A stretch of DNA of 63,999 bases, counting the filler, from Octopus bimaculoides (taxonomy: Eukaryota), in the NCBI RefSeq assembly GCF_001194135.2. It is 10 parts of 9 records of this genome, joined end to end, with 100 filler letters (N's around TTAATTAATTAA, not from the genome) between each part and the next. Parts side by side here need not be neighbours in the genome. Positions count along the whole stretch, not along the records: positions 1 to 10,285 come from NC_068993.1; positions 10,386 to 14,916 come from NW_026368592.1; 8 more parts are not named here. One strand, written 5' to 3'. Of this stretch, positions 1 through 13,500 are shown in pieces. The notes under the pieces were generated by a model, which had not been told where the DNA came from, ran no database searches, and was given only the letters and a program-made list of their open reading frames with translations. The number at the start of each line of letters is the position of its first letter. Positions within the stretch are counted from its first letter, which is position 1. The translations under genes and the position numbers were made by a program.

Positions 1-21
1 CGTTATAAAAATAAAACTACT

Positions 22-36
22 GAATAATAATAATAA

Positions 37-67
<31 letters not shown>

Positions 68-100
68 AAGAAGAAGAAGAAGAAGAAGAAGAAGAAGAAG

Positions 101-138
<38 letters not shown>
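22..138 (+). repeat. Compound trinucleotide microsatellite (TAA)n-(GAA)n-(CAA)n
   Basis: Three consecutive NAA repeat blocks read directly from the sequence. Confidence 0.97.
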
Positions 139-600
139 GTCCAATATAGTTTTAACATCATTAATTGGAATCTTACAGAGCTCCAACGCCTGGACAGGAA
201 GACAAGAAAACTACTAACTTCTAAGAACATGCACCACCCAAATGCAGACATTAATCGTCTGTACCTACCTAGAAGTAATGGAGAAAGAGGAATGATGCAG
301 GTAGAACTGTGCTATAAGACCTCCACTAGAGCAATGAACAGGTAATGATATAGTACAGAGGACCGGACGCTGCAACTTGAATACCAACACGAAAGCAGTA
401 AAACATCCCATTCTATTGTAAAGGAAGCTTGCAAATTCGCAAGGGAACTTGGCACTAATCCTGAAATATTTGAAGAACCTGAAACCACTGCCACAAAGCA
501 AGCAAAATGGATCAAGCAGACTGGAAAAAAAGAACGGGTAGAAACAGACTGAGGGACGGTGAAGCCAGAAGCCTCTGCAGGGATCCTGAAAGGGTGGAGG
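139..600 (+). mobile_element. R4/Dong-like non-LTR retrotransposon fragment (post-RT region), decayed
   Basis: From 138 reads VQYSFNIINWNLTELQRLDRKTRKLLTSKNMHHPNADINRLYLPRSNGERGMMQVE, matching the LDRKTRK..HHP.AD.DRLYLPR..GGRG block of R4/Dong-type ORFs; stops downstream. Confidence 0.85.
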
Positions 601-779
601 AAATATGAATGTATAACAAAAATGTTAAACAATTGCAATGTCCCATTAAACGGTTCACAACAAGACATACATACATACATACATACATTCATACATACAT
701 ACATACATACATACATACATACAGTTATCAGTATCATACTCACTTTCATAATTTATACTTAAATTTTATTTTTCATATT

Positions 780-1400
780 TAGCTAGGAACGTTTGAGGGC
801 TTTATAAAGTTATTAGACACTCAAAAAGACTATAGCGGATTTCGTACTTCTCTGAGGGAGTTACTTTGTTGGAGTCGGTTGTTAAAGATATAAAGATGAT
901 GTAATTGTGTACTACTATGATACTTCTAGTTTTCTCTGCAACAGTTTTTGTACTAGAGTTTTGATTAAAATGTGGTATGTTTATTGAAGCATTATCGAAG
1001 ATACTCTTTGACATTGATTTAAGATTAATTGGTGATGTATTCCAGAGAGACGGTTTGTGGTGGCGGGTGTGATGTTTAAACACTTATTAGATTAATAATC
1101 TGATTACTGGAAAAAATATTATACCCTCACAATTGTTGTAATTTATCATATTAAATAATGTTGTGCGGATTTTGTTCAATAATGGTCGTTGTTTACCTCC
1201 AAAGGCAAACTTGTGATAAAAAGTGTTTCAGCAGTGATCATCCTGTATTTTTCTATATCAAAAAACTATACTGTCCAGGGAACCTTTTCCCTCTGTAACA
1301 TAAAGGGGAACGATCTGGGAAATATTTGGCTGCTATTTCTACCCTCATTTTCTCAGTAGTGATCCATTTTGCTTGATTTTTATCGTGAATATTCGTTTCT
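780..1400 (-). mobile_element. Possible decayed LINE ORF1-like remnant
   Basis: Interrupted coding-like minus-strand frames (e.g. IVFDIEKYRMITAETLFITSLPLEVNN) loosely resembling L1/Tx1-type ORF1; no diagnostic motif. Confidence 0.25.
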
Positions 1401-2704
1401 GCATTTAGTTTTGTGATCTCGTGATGTCTGGTGTAGTTAGTGGTGTCTCCCTACTCTGTTCGTCACGCTGTGTATGTCACAAGGTCGACATTGTAGTCTG
1501 ACGTTTACAACTTTATTTCAGAGAAAATTGATATTTGTGGTTTCTCCGATTTACAGTTGAGGAAAATATATTGAAGAATCGAATTTAATGTAGCAGCTGT
1601 TGTTCATTGTCTTAAGACGGATCAATGGTGGAACAGCTTGTTCAATAGTCTGAAATTCATGTGGGTGCATATTTTATGGATATGCATGTGTATGCATGCG
1701 TTTCTGGGTATCCCTTAGTATTTGTGCATAGCTTTATGTTTACGAGTACGTGTGCTTATGGATGTATTTGTGAAGTGTACATATGCGTGTAAATGAATGT
1801 GTGCTTCGTGTAAGATATAAGTACAATAATCAGGTTTATATTCCTTCTTCAAAACCACAAACAACCACTAATGGCGAGACTCCGAGGAAGCTTCTCTGCA
1901 GTCGTTCGATCTGCAAGAGAAAGTAGTCAAATCCGGTGAATTAAGAGGCTACTGTTCTAAAATGGCTAAGTTACATTGGAGGCCTTAGTCTTTGAAAAGT
2001 AAGACGGGATAATCAATGCTGGAAAGTCTTTGATCATAGTCATGCTCAATCAGGTCTGGCTTCAGGATAAGCAATAATTTCCACGAGTGATTATCCTTAT
2101 AAGAATGTCCACTATTATCCTCACCAATACCACAACTACCGCCTCATCACAGGCCCACACGCATGCACACACATAGACAGACATACACACACACTCATGT
2201 ACACAAACCCATTGACTCACACTCGCACACATATACTTATATATACTCAATTTTATCTGTTAACTATTCAAAATGCCTGGCGAAATGGTTTAGTTATCTA
2301 ATTCATGTTATGCAATACATTTATGAACAAATAAATAGCCATGCTATGGAAACGTGTGTTGCATAATTTGAACACAATCACCACTCTGTTCATATTCTTT
2401 TAATATGTGTGTGTGCATTTGTTTTTCTTCTCAGTTTCTCTCCCTTTTCTGTACACTATATGCGTATATTATTAGTCTATGTGTGAGTTTATATACATTT
2501 ATGAGAAAGAGAGAACATATTGCCGTATATACAAAATATGGAGAAAGTACTCAATACATGAAGCGTTTTAGTAATAATAGCAAAAGAACTGAAGTTTCCG
2601 TGTCTGGCATCGCCACTGACGTTTATATTTTCAATTTTATACAATTATATGTTTATAAAATTATAAAATTCTGGTCAAAATGAGACATAAATATTGATTT
2701 CAAA

Positions 2705-2917
2705 CTATGGCACACGGCCTGCAAGTTCCAGGGAGGGGGTTAATCAATTTCGTCAACCCTAAGGCTCTACTAGTACTTATTTTATCGACACCAGAAAGAT
2801 GAAAGCAAAGTCGATCTTGGCGGAATTTGAACTCAGAAACTCGAGATATAAATACGGTCGAAGTGCCGCTTAGCATTTTGCCCGGCGTGCTAACGATTCT
2901 GCCTACTTACTGCCTTG
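2705..2917 (-). mobile_element. SINE family A copy (diverged)
   Basis: Reverse complement of ...GGCAGAATCGTTAGCACGCCGGGC...GAGTTCAAATTCCGCC.AG.TCGACTTTGC..., homologous to copies at 25195, 38700 and 39750. Confidence 0.85.
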
Positions 2918-3274
2918 AGGCTTATAAGAATTTTCTGGTTGAGCAGTTATTATTACATTAGTGAAAGATAGAGTAAAATCACAACGCGAGGTTCTCATGA
3001 GAAGACAATGGAGAAAGAAAATGAACGAAAGAGAGTGACAGAGGCCAGGAAAAAAATGAACACAAAAGGAAAAGGAAGTATAAAGGATAGGAAAGAGTGT
3101 GAAAGAAAGAAGTTAGGGAAGATAATAGGAAATGCCTTATTTGATGTATCACAATGGAAGTAAATGATACGGTAAATATTATTTCGAGAGAGGATGTTTT
3201 TATTAGGGAGAGAGTGAAAAAGAAAAGGTATGAAACGGAAGTGTGAGACATTGCGGCTATAAAAGAGGCCAAAA

Positions 3275-4205
3275 GCTGAAAGAGGAGAGAGAACAAGAGA
3301 AAATAGGAGAGAGAACAAGAGAAAGTAGGAGAGAGAACAAGAGAAAGTAGGAGAGAGAGAACAAGAGAAAGTAGGAGAGAGAACAAGAGAAAGTAGGAGA
3401 GAGAGAACAAGAGAAAGTAGGAGAGAGAGAACAAGAGAAAGTAGGAGAGAGAACAAGAGAAAGTAGGAGAGAGAGAACAAGAGAAAGTAGGAGAGAGNNN
3501 NNNNNNNNNNNNNNNNNNNNNNNNNNNNNNNNNNNNNNNNNNNNNNNNNNNNNNNNNNNNNNNNNNNNNNNNNNNNNNNNNNNNNNNNNNNNNNNNNNNN
3601 NNNNNNNNNNNNNNNNNNNNNNNNNNNNNNNNNNNNNNNNNNNNNNNNNNNNNNNNNNNNNNNNNNNNNNNNNNNNNNNNNNNNNNNNNNNNNNNNNNNN
3701 NNNNNNNNNNNNNNNNNNNNNNNNNNNNNNNNNNNNNNNNNNNNNNNNNNNNNNNNNNNNNNNNNNNNNNNNNNNNNNNNNNNNNNNNNNNNNNNNNNNN
3801 NNNNNNNNNNNNNNNNNNNNNNNNNNNNNNNNNNNNNNNNNNNNNNNNNNNNNNNNNNNNNNNNNNNNNNNNNNNNNNNNNNNNNNNNNNNNNNNNNNNN
3901 NNNNNNNNNNNNNNNNNNNNNNNNNNNNNNNNNNNNNNNNNNNNNNNNNNNNNNNNNNNNNNNNNNNNNNNNNNNNNNNNNNNNNNNNNNNNNNNNNNNN
4001 NNGAGAGAGAACAAGCGAAAGTAGGAGAGAGAGAACAAGAGAAAGTAGGAGAGAGAGAACAAGAGAAAGTAGGAGAGAGAGAACAAGAGACAGTAGGAGA
4101 GAGAGAACAAGAGACAGTAGGAGAGAGAGAACAAGAGAAAGTAGGAGAGAGAGAACAAGAGAAAGTAGGAGAGAGAGAACAAGAGAAAGTAGGAGAGAGA
4201 GAGAG
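3275..4205 (+). repeat. Purine-rich minisatellite, ~22-26 bp unit AAGAGAAAGTAGGAGAGAG(AG)AAC, spanning an N gap
   Basis: Tandem copies on both sides of the 3498-4001 gap. Confidence 0.95.
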
Positions 4206-4512
4206 CTAAAAGCAGGAAAGAAGAGAATGTATGAAGTGCACAAGACACTTGAGAGATGCTTTATTAATACGGTAAGAATAATGAAGAAATTGTCTGTTCT
4301 AATAGAACAGACAATTTCTTCATTATAGACATTGCCTTATAAACAGACAATAGGTGTAGTAAATTAACCTTGCTTTATCTTTCTAATATAAAAAGTTAAT
4401 GTAAGGTTAATTTAGTACGTGTATAAGGAGAGGAAGAACGGAAGGTGAACTACTGAAAAATAAAGTCTTGGAAAATAGTGTTAGAGTGAGAGATGTGCGT
4501 GTATGCGCGTGC

Positions 4513-4548
<36 letters not shown>

Positions 4549-4600
4549 NNNNNNNNNNNNNNNNNNNNNNNNNNNNNNNNNNNNNNNNNNNNNNNNNNNN

Positions 4601-4650
<50 letters not shown>

Positions 4651-6124
4651 GAGCGCGCGCGCGCACTTTGAAAATACATTAATAACTAATAAAGGAAAGA
4701 AAGAGGGTAAGAAAGCTAGCATAAAGGGAGGTGGAAGACTAAACAATTCCCCTAATTTTCCGTTCTTATTTCTCGCCATTTTCTCTCCCTTCTCCACAAG
4801 CAGTATTTTTCACAAACATACACACAGGTTTTTCTGGCCAAGAAATGATATCTGTTAGATCCAATTGAGGATATCATTATAAAAGTGGATCCTCCTTCTT
4901 CTGTAAGCAATAGCTGTCGTTTCTATAATTTTTTTATATGATGATATTAGACATGTACGGAGTTTGATGTGATATGTATTTGGCTAGCAAATAGATTGTG
5001 ATTCATTTTGTTTTTCATTGTTTCATGTTATTTCTAACTTTTATTTATTTTTCTTTAACTTTTGGGGGAAAATGCAGTCTAAGAAGACGTTTATGTTTGC
5101 CCCATCAAATATCAATATGGGACTAGCAAAACTTTCCCTCTTTTCGATCTCCTGAATCTATAAAGTTATTATAAAAGTATGAGGTCCAATGTACCAACCA
5201 CATTGTTGTTGTTGTTGTTGTTGTTGTTGTATACCTAAGGATTTTCAAATTTGAAAGTTTTCCTAATTGTTGCACATTGATTTCTGCGTCTCTGGACTTC
5301 CCACTAAAAACGGAAATTTCCGTTTTTAGCCATTTTCAAGGGATGAAAATTGGTATTTAGAGTAGTTTCAAATGCGGTATTTCTACATTTCTATACTCAC
5401 CATCATGTGTATTTTCATAATATATAGCTTCGACTTGGTGATAAGAAGTTATTATGGTTCAAAAATTGAAAAAACACTGAATTAAAAAAAAATTTTCACT
5501 TGATGCCATTTTTAACGCACACACACTAACACACACACACAAACACACTCACACCTGTTACACAAGAAAGCAAGATCTTGAGGAAGTGAATTTATATATT
5601 CAGTTATGATTTCAGACTTTAAGATGAGATTAGAGAAAGTAGGATGCTGACCAACTGTTGTTATTATTTACTCCCACTTAAACACTGATATTCCGTTAGA
5701 ACAAACTTTTCTGTGGTAGATACCATGACAGAAACTTATGTAGAATTTTGGTGCAGAATGCCCACTTGTTTGTTTATATCGGCAGCGGGGAGATAAATCT
5801 CATAGATACTAACAAATGGTGTCAATTTGTTAGTATCCAAATTTCGCGACAGACCTTTATTGAATTTCACTGGAATGACCACATACACAAACACACACAC
5901 ACACTCACACACAAACATGCACAAACACACACACACTCACACACACACACGCACATACACACGCACAGTTTCTCTTGATTACGTGTCCCTCCATTAGAAG
6001 AGGCAATTTCTTCAATAATATTCCTTCATAAATGTCTCTGGTATTTTACAACCCTTCCTCCCACACGAACTTTCTATTTGCTTCCTGCTCGCTATGCCCT
6101 TCCTCTTGTCGGGCGCTCTGTCTG

Positions 6125-6224
<100 letters not shown>

Positions 6225-6711
6225 TCTTCTTCTTCTTCTGGGCAGATTTTCTAGTTGCTTTCCTATCCACTTCTTAAAAAATATATAGTCTCTACAATTA
6301 TAATTTTAATGAATTATTTGGTACCCCAGAAACCGAAGTACGCCTTGCCAACGCTGCTTTCTATCTTTCTTTTCTCTTTCATTCTTTCCTCCTTCCATCA
6401 TATCGGGATATTTCTTCATATTTTCTTTCTCTTCATTGTCTCCTTCTTTCCCTCTTTTCCCTTGCCTTCGTCCACTGTTTTTTCTCTCTACCCTCCTATA
6501 TGTACGTCATAAGTCACTCTATCTTTCAATGACATAATGATATACCTTGTTATCTTATTCACGAGACAGATTCAAACTTATATTCGGAAGTAAAAGTCTT
6601 ATTAGTTTTGAACTTTGTTTTTGTAACCGTTTCAACTTGTAAACTAATTGCAAAGATGTTAATTCATATGAATAAGTGGTTATGTGTTACTCGGTGTAAA
6701 CAAACGTGAAA

Positions 6712-6792
<81 letters not shown>

Positions 6793-6884
6793 GATAGATA
6801 GATAGATATATTATATATATATGTGTTTGTATATATATACATATATATGTATATACATATACATATATATGTATNNNNNNNNNN

Positions 6885-6921
<37 letters not shown>

Positions 6922-7924
6922 ATGTATATATATATATGTATATATATATTGATACGCGGTACTGATCTCAGTTGGGTTCAAACTCAGTACGCAAAGAGAA
7001 TCGACTGACATTTGTCTGACGCGCCAATAATTCTGCCTGCTCGATGCCTTCTTCCAAAATATAAGGATGAGAGGAATTAATACCATTATACAAAACCTGA
7101 GGCCAGGATAATCCGCAAAAAAATGAATGACTTTTCATATCCCCGATGCAGGATCCAATCTCAGAAGGAAATGTTAAAATCTGAAACCATGATTATCGAA
7201 ATATTTTAAACATTTACATTTAGCAGAAATCTTGGTAAAACATTGTGACTCTGTTCGTCTTCCATACATTTTGAAATTGGTAATAAAAAATAACGTGGAA
7301 ACACGGTTGTGAGGGGATGGTATACAGAAAGAAAGAAACAAACAAACAAACAAACAAACAAAGGAAGAAAGAAAAGTAGAAGGAAACAATGTGAGAAATA
7401 TTGAGTAAATTGATGAATGGGAAAAGTAAATCTAGACTGATAGACATCTAATCAAATAGACAAGCAGACAGAGATAGCTAGAGAGATAAAGTTGTAGACA
7501 TGAAGACAGAGAAACAGATAGTCAATGTAGGTGAACAGGTAGACTAAACTACCTTAATTTGTATATGAATAACAGTGCATTATTGTCTAGTAAGAGCTTT
7601 CGAGTTATTTCATGACAGTGTATCATGAGGTTAAATGAACCTGTAGTTGATACATTAAGTAACCTATCTTCTAACCAAAGACTCAATCCATTAAGTTTAA
7701 TTTACACATGCAGCGTTAACTGAAATTTATAAATTTGTTTTATAGTACATTATAACAGCGAAATGAAACTCTGCTATCTCGCTAGTAATTAAGATTCACT
7801 TAGCTCTCTATCTAAACTCCATTAACTGTAAATAAGCAAGAATTATTCGCCTCTACACAACTGACTAGTTTTGGTTATTGTTTTTCTTTTTCTTGAACGG
7901 ATGGCGGGGAAGAAACCATTTTCT

Positions 7925-8330
7925 AATGGTTTGGTCTATCAGTGGTTTGTGTAGGTCCTCTGAGACTGGATAGATTAATGCTACAAACATTCTCCTGAAC
8001 TGTTTCAAGTCGATTGATGAAAAATAAACATGTGCAAAGAGAGTGGACGTTTCCAGATGACAAATGTTTTACGAAAGAAGAACTGGGTATAATGGTTAGT
8101 GCAGAGCTTGGCGTAGAGACAGCACGGATGCAGAGAGAGGGAGTGATTCCGGAATGCCTCAACAGCAATGAAAAGAGACGCACCAGTTTCAAGAACAGAG
8201 GCCATTGTAGTACTTCTATAAAACAGAGAAAGCACTGCAGGCCTGTCGAGAAGAAGTTGATGAGTGTTTGTGAATGACTTCACGCCAACCATTCGAGCGT
8301 CTTTAGTATATGGTAACAGGTTCAGATTCG
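7925..8330 (-). mobile_element. CR1/Jockey-group LINE 3' coding end, decayed
   Basis: Minus frames give AVLSLFYR... and HYTQFFFRKTFVIWKRPL, resembling ASLSLFYRYY...SFFPRT.RLWNSLP at the RT C-terminus. Confidence 0.65.
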
Positions 8331-10188
8331 TAAGTGGGGCTCTTAAAAGATGGATAACGCAGCGGAAACGTTAAAATGTCAAACAACAGGCCTTGCATAA
8401 TTTCTTCTGGCTTTTTGTACTGTTTTGATTACTGAAACATAGTTGTGGTTGGAATATAGAAAACATTCGAAATACAGATGCTGGTAAAAATATCAAGAAA
8501 ATATTAGAAAGGGTATATTTGAATGCACTAGGTTAATGTACGAGAAATGGCAAGCAAAGACAAATATTTGATGCTCTAGCCTGGCCAAGTCAATGATTTC
8601 TCATCCAAGTGTAGAAGATAATTCTAAATGTTTTTCATGTTTTAATGTTTAAATTATATTTTGTTTTAATTATTGTTTAGTAGTTTTTGTGTGTTTTTCC
8701 GTGTAATTTCTAATGTGTTCTTATAACTCTTTAAACCTGTCTCCATTCAAATCCCGTTACATCACTCATCCCACCTCTTTCATTTATATAATTTGAACGG
8801 GTCATTTACATATATTTGTAAATCTCTTTTTCACATGATATTTTATTGTATCTCTTCAAGACCTTTGTGGCTGACACAGAAAAAATTATTATATTTTGCT
8901 TTTTATTATAATGATTATTGCATTGGATGGGTAGAATTATTAAAACGTTAGAGAAAAGGGTTTTCGGAATTTAATTGATGTCCTTTTACTTTCTGGGGTC
9001 AAATCCCACAAAGATCAAATTTGTCTTTCAGTTTCCCATCATCAATAAAATAAGTACCATCCAAATAGGCTTTGTAGCCATGCTGGAAATCTCCATTTTT
9101 TTAGTTATTTTGCAATAGTAAGCTACGCATGTGAGGGTTTTAAGCTCCCTGCAGGATCTCAGCTGCTATCACCGCCATTATTTAATATATTTGGAAAAGA
9201 ACATCCTCTCTCCTCTAGAACTAACTCTTGCAATCAAGTACTATCCAAATATATGCCAACGTACTGTGGTCATTACTGGGCACTTAATCAATGCTTATTA
9301 ACTGTCAAAAAACTAAGGAGGGGAAGATATGGAAACATCCCTTGTTAAATATTACGAGAAAATTTGCTGTTTTGCCTAAGTCCGTGTCAGCCCTACTCAA
9401 GCAGAGCTATTTTGACCAAAACAGATACAAGTGTAACGGTACTGATTTTTTGTATATCCGAGGGTACAGTTTCCAATATCTCTTTACTTTTTTAACGATA
9501 GCAACTTTTGATTCGAGGAAGAGCTGTCTGACTATGAAGCCAAAGAGAAAGTATTTATGAGTAACCCTACTAAATCAAAATGGTTTTCTTAATAGAGTAG
9601 TTCAAATAGTTCTATAAAATCAGATCGCTTCCCAATCGCTACCAGAAAATTCCTCTCTTCCTACAAAAAATAGTCCAAGGATGTGTATAAGTGCCTCTCG
9701 GTTAAGTGACACTTACCGACACGGCAAAAGTTGGGAAATCACTAATTAAAATCTCCTCTCGCTAGTGGCTAAATGTACGCTTTTGCTTTAACGCTTAAGT
9801 CGGCCGAACATTAGGGAAGACTTTGCGTTGTTGCTAATTATTCATTTGACAAATTCATGGGGATTGGGGGTAAGAGAGTGAGTGAGTGTATTGGTGTGTG
9901 TGTGTATTGGTATGTGTGTGTGTATTGATGTGAGCGTGTGTTCATGTCTGTGGGTGGAGATGGGTGTATGTTTGTGTGTGTGCAAGACTGCGATAGAGAT
10001 GGTTAGAGAAATCCCTATTTTCAAAACTAGTGACAGCCTAGCAGTATGATATGATTCTAAATGACACCAATCGTGTGAATGCACAATGTCCTAACAATGT
10101 ATTCATGTGGATTTTTACACTGGAAAACACAAGATACGCACGCACGCAGACAAACACATACATATAGTTGTGCATGTATACTTACATG

Positions 10189-10221
<33 letters not shown>

Positions 10222-10248
10222 CTATCTATCTATATATATATCTATATA

Positions 10249-10285
<37 letters not shown>

Positions 10286-10329
10286 NNNNNNNNNNNNNNN
10301 NNNNNNNNNNNNNNNNNNNNNNNNNNNNN

Positions 10330-10341
10330 TTAATTAATTAA
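10330..10341. other. Artificial scaffolding spacer TTAATTAATTAA (also at 14961, 24591, 33261, 36063, 43776, 51171, 58461, 60892)
   Basis: Identical 12-mer with stops in all six frames, always embedded in N runs. Confidence 0.95.
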
Positions 10342-10529
10342 NNNNNNNNNNNNNNNNNNNNNNNNNNNNNNNNNNNNNNNNNNNNATATATATATATACA
10401 CATATATATATATATGTGTTTATATATATATATATGTATATATACATATATATTTATTTATTTATGGGTTTCAGCCTAGTGGCTGTTGTCATGTTGGAAC
10501 ACCACCGTGACTTTCCGTCTTTATGCTGT

Positions 10530-13500
10530 GTTCTCTTCACGTACGTTCGTTCGGTCGATCATTCGTTCGTTCGTACGTACGGACGTAAGTACATGCGTTC
10601 GTTCGTTCGTACATACGTACGTACGTATGTTCGTTCGTTATTTCGTACGTTCGTTCATTCATTCGTTTGTTCGATCGTTCATACGTACTTACGTTAGTTC
10701 GTTCGTTCGTTCGTTCATTCGTACGTACGTACGTTCGTTCATACGTACGTACGTTCGTACGTACTTTCGTTCGTTTGGACGTACGTACGTACGTTCGTTC
10801 ATTCATTCGTTCGTTTGTACGTACGTTCGTTCCGTCGATCGTACGTACGTATGTACGTACGTTTGTTCGTTCGTACGTACGTTCGTTCGATATTTCGTGC
10901 CCACGTAATACGTACGTACGTACATTCGTTCGTACGAATGAACGAACGTACGTACGTAGGTACGACCGAACGATCAAACGAACGAACGAATTACGTAGGC
11001 ACGAAATATCAAACAAACTTATGTAAGAACGAACGAACGAACGAACAAACGTACGTACGTACGTACAAACGAACGAACGAGCTAACGAGCGAGCGAATGA
11101 ACGTACGTACGTACAAACGAGAGAACGAACGAACTAATGAACGGAGAAGCGAATGAACGTACGTACGTACATCCAAAATAATGAACGAACGAACGAAACA
11201 AAGAACGAATGAACGAACGTACGTACGTATTACCTAGGCACGAAATATCGAACAAATGTACGAACGAACGAACAAAAGTACATACGTACGTACAAACAAA
11301 CGAACGAAAGAACTAACGAGTGAATGAACGAACGTACGGACGTACAAACGAACGAACAAATGAATGAACGTACGTACGTCCAAACGAACGAACAAACGTA
11401 CGTACGTACGAAGGGACGAACGAACGGACGTACGAAGGGACGTACGTACGTATGTACGAACGAACAAACTAAGGAACGAACGTACCTACGTAACTACGAA
11501 CGTACGTACGTACGAACGAACGTAGGTATGAACAAACGAAGGAACGAACGAACTAATGAACGAAGAAACGAATGAACGTACGTACTAACATCCAAAAGAA
11601 CGACCGAGCGTACGTACGAACGAACGAACTAACGAACGTACGTACGTACGTATGAACGAACGAAACAAAGAACCAACGAAGGTACATACGTATTACGTAG
11701 GCACGAAATATCGAACAAACGTACGAATGAACGTACGAACGTACAAACTAATGGACGAACGAACAAACGTACAAACGAACGAATGATAGAATTAACGAGC
11801 GAATGAACGAACGTACGTACGTACAAACGAATGAACGTACGTACATCCAAACGAACGAACGAACGAACGGACGTACGTACGAAGGGACGAACGGACGTAC
11901 GTACGAAGGGACGAACGGACGTACGTACGAAGGGACGAACGAACGTACATACGTAATTACGAAAGAACGAACGGACGTACGTACGAACGAACTAACGAAC
12001 GAAACAAAGAACGAATGAACGAACGTACGCACGTATCACCTAGACACGAAATATCGAACAAATCTACGAACGAACGAACGAACAAAAGTACATACGTACA
12101 AACAAACGAACGAAAGAACTAACGAGCGAATGAACGAACGTACGGACGTACAAACGAACAAACAAATGAATGAACGTACGTACGTCTAAATGAACGAACA
12201 AACGTACGTACGTACGAACGAACGAACGTACGTACGTACGATCGAACGAAGGTATGAACAAACGAACGAACGAAACAACGAACGTACGTACGTACGTATT
12301 ACGTAGGCACGAAATATCGAACAAACGTACGAACGAACGAACGTACGAACGAACGAAGGAAACAAAGAACGAATGAACAAACGTACGTACGTATTAACTA
12401 GGCACGAAATATCGAACGAACGAACGAACGTACGAATTAACTAGGCACGAAATATCGAACGAACGAACTAACGAACGTACGTACGTACGTATGTACGAAC
12501 GAACGTACGAATGAACGAACGAACGAACGAAACAAAGAACGAACAAACGTACATACGTACGTACAAACAAACGAAAGAATTAACGAACGAATGAACGAAC
12601 GTCCGTACGTACAAACGAATGAAAGTACGTACGTCCAAACGAACGAACGTACGAAGAGACGAACGAACGTACGTACGTATGTACAAAAGAACAAACTAAC
12701 GAACGAACGTACATACGTAATTACGAACGTACGTATGTACGAACGAACGAACGTACGGACGTACGTATGTACGAACGAACGTACGTACGAACGAACGAAG
12801 GAAACAAAGAACGAATGAACAAACGTACGTACGTATTAACTAGGCACGAAATATCGAACGAACGAACGAACGTACGAACGAACGAATAAATGGACGAACG
12901 AACAAAAGTACATACGTACGTACAAACAAACGAACGAATGAACTAACGAGCGAATGAACGAACGTACGGACGAACAAATGAATGAACGTACGTACGTCCA
13001 AACGAACGAACGAACGTACGTACGTACGAAGGGACGAACGAACGGACGAACTTACGCATTACGAAGAAACAAACTAACGAACGAACGTACCTACGTAACT
13101 ACGAACGAACGAACTAACGAACGAACGTACGTTGGTACGTATGTACGAAAGAACGAACGTATGCACGAAAGAACGAACGAACGTACGAAATAACGAACGA
13201 ACGTACGTAAGTACGTAGGAACGAATGTTCGTTCCTACGTACGTAGTTCGTTCGTTATTTCGTACCTACGTTCCTTCGTTCCTTCGTACGTACGTTCATT
13301 CGTTCCTTCCTTCGTTCTTTCATACGTACGTACGTTGCTTCGTTATTTCGTACGTACGTACGTTGTTTCGTTCCTTCGAACGTACGTACGTTCGTTCGCT
13401 CTTTCCTTCGTTCGTAATTACGTATCTACATCCGTTCTTTCGTTCGTACGAACGTACGTACGTTCGTTTGGACGTACGTACGTTCATTCATTTGTTCTTT

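Noticed and set aside
2995-4248. Long ORFs spanning N gaps (also 30270, 36788-37780, 38869, 55753, 62420)
   Set aside because: Length comes from Ns and microsatellites; only the PLE part after 56787 is real coding-derived sequence
9120-9600. Possible RT remnant (LSPPLFNIF) and 89-aa ORF
   Set aside because: Too degraded to assign
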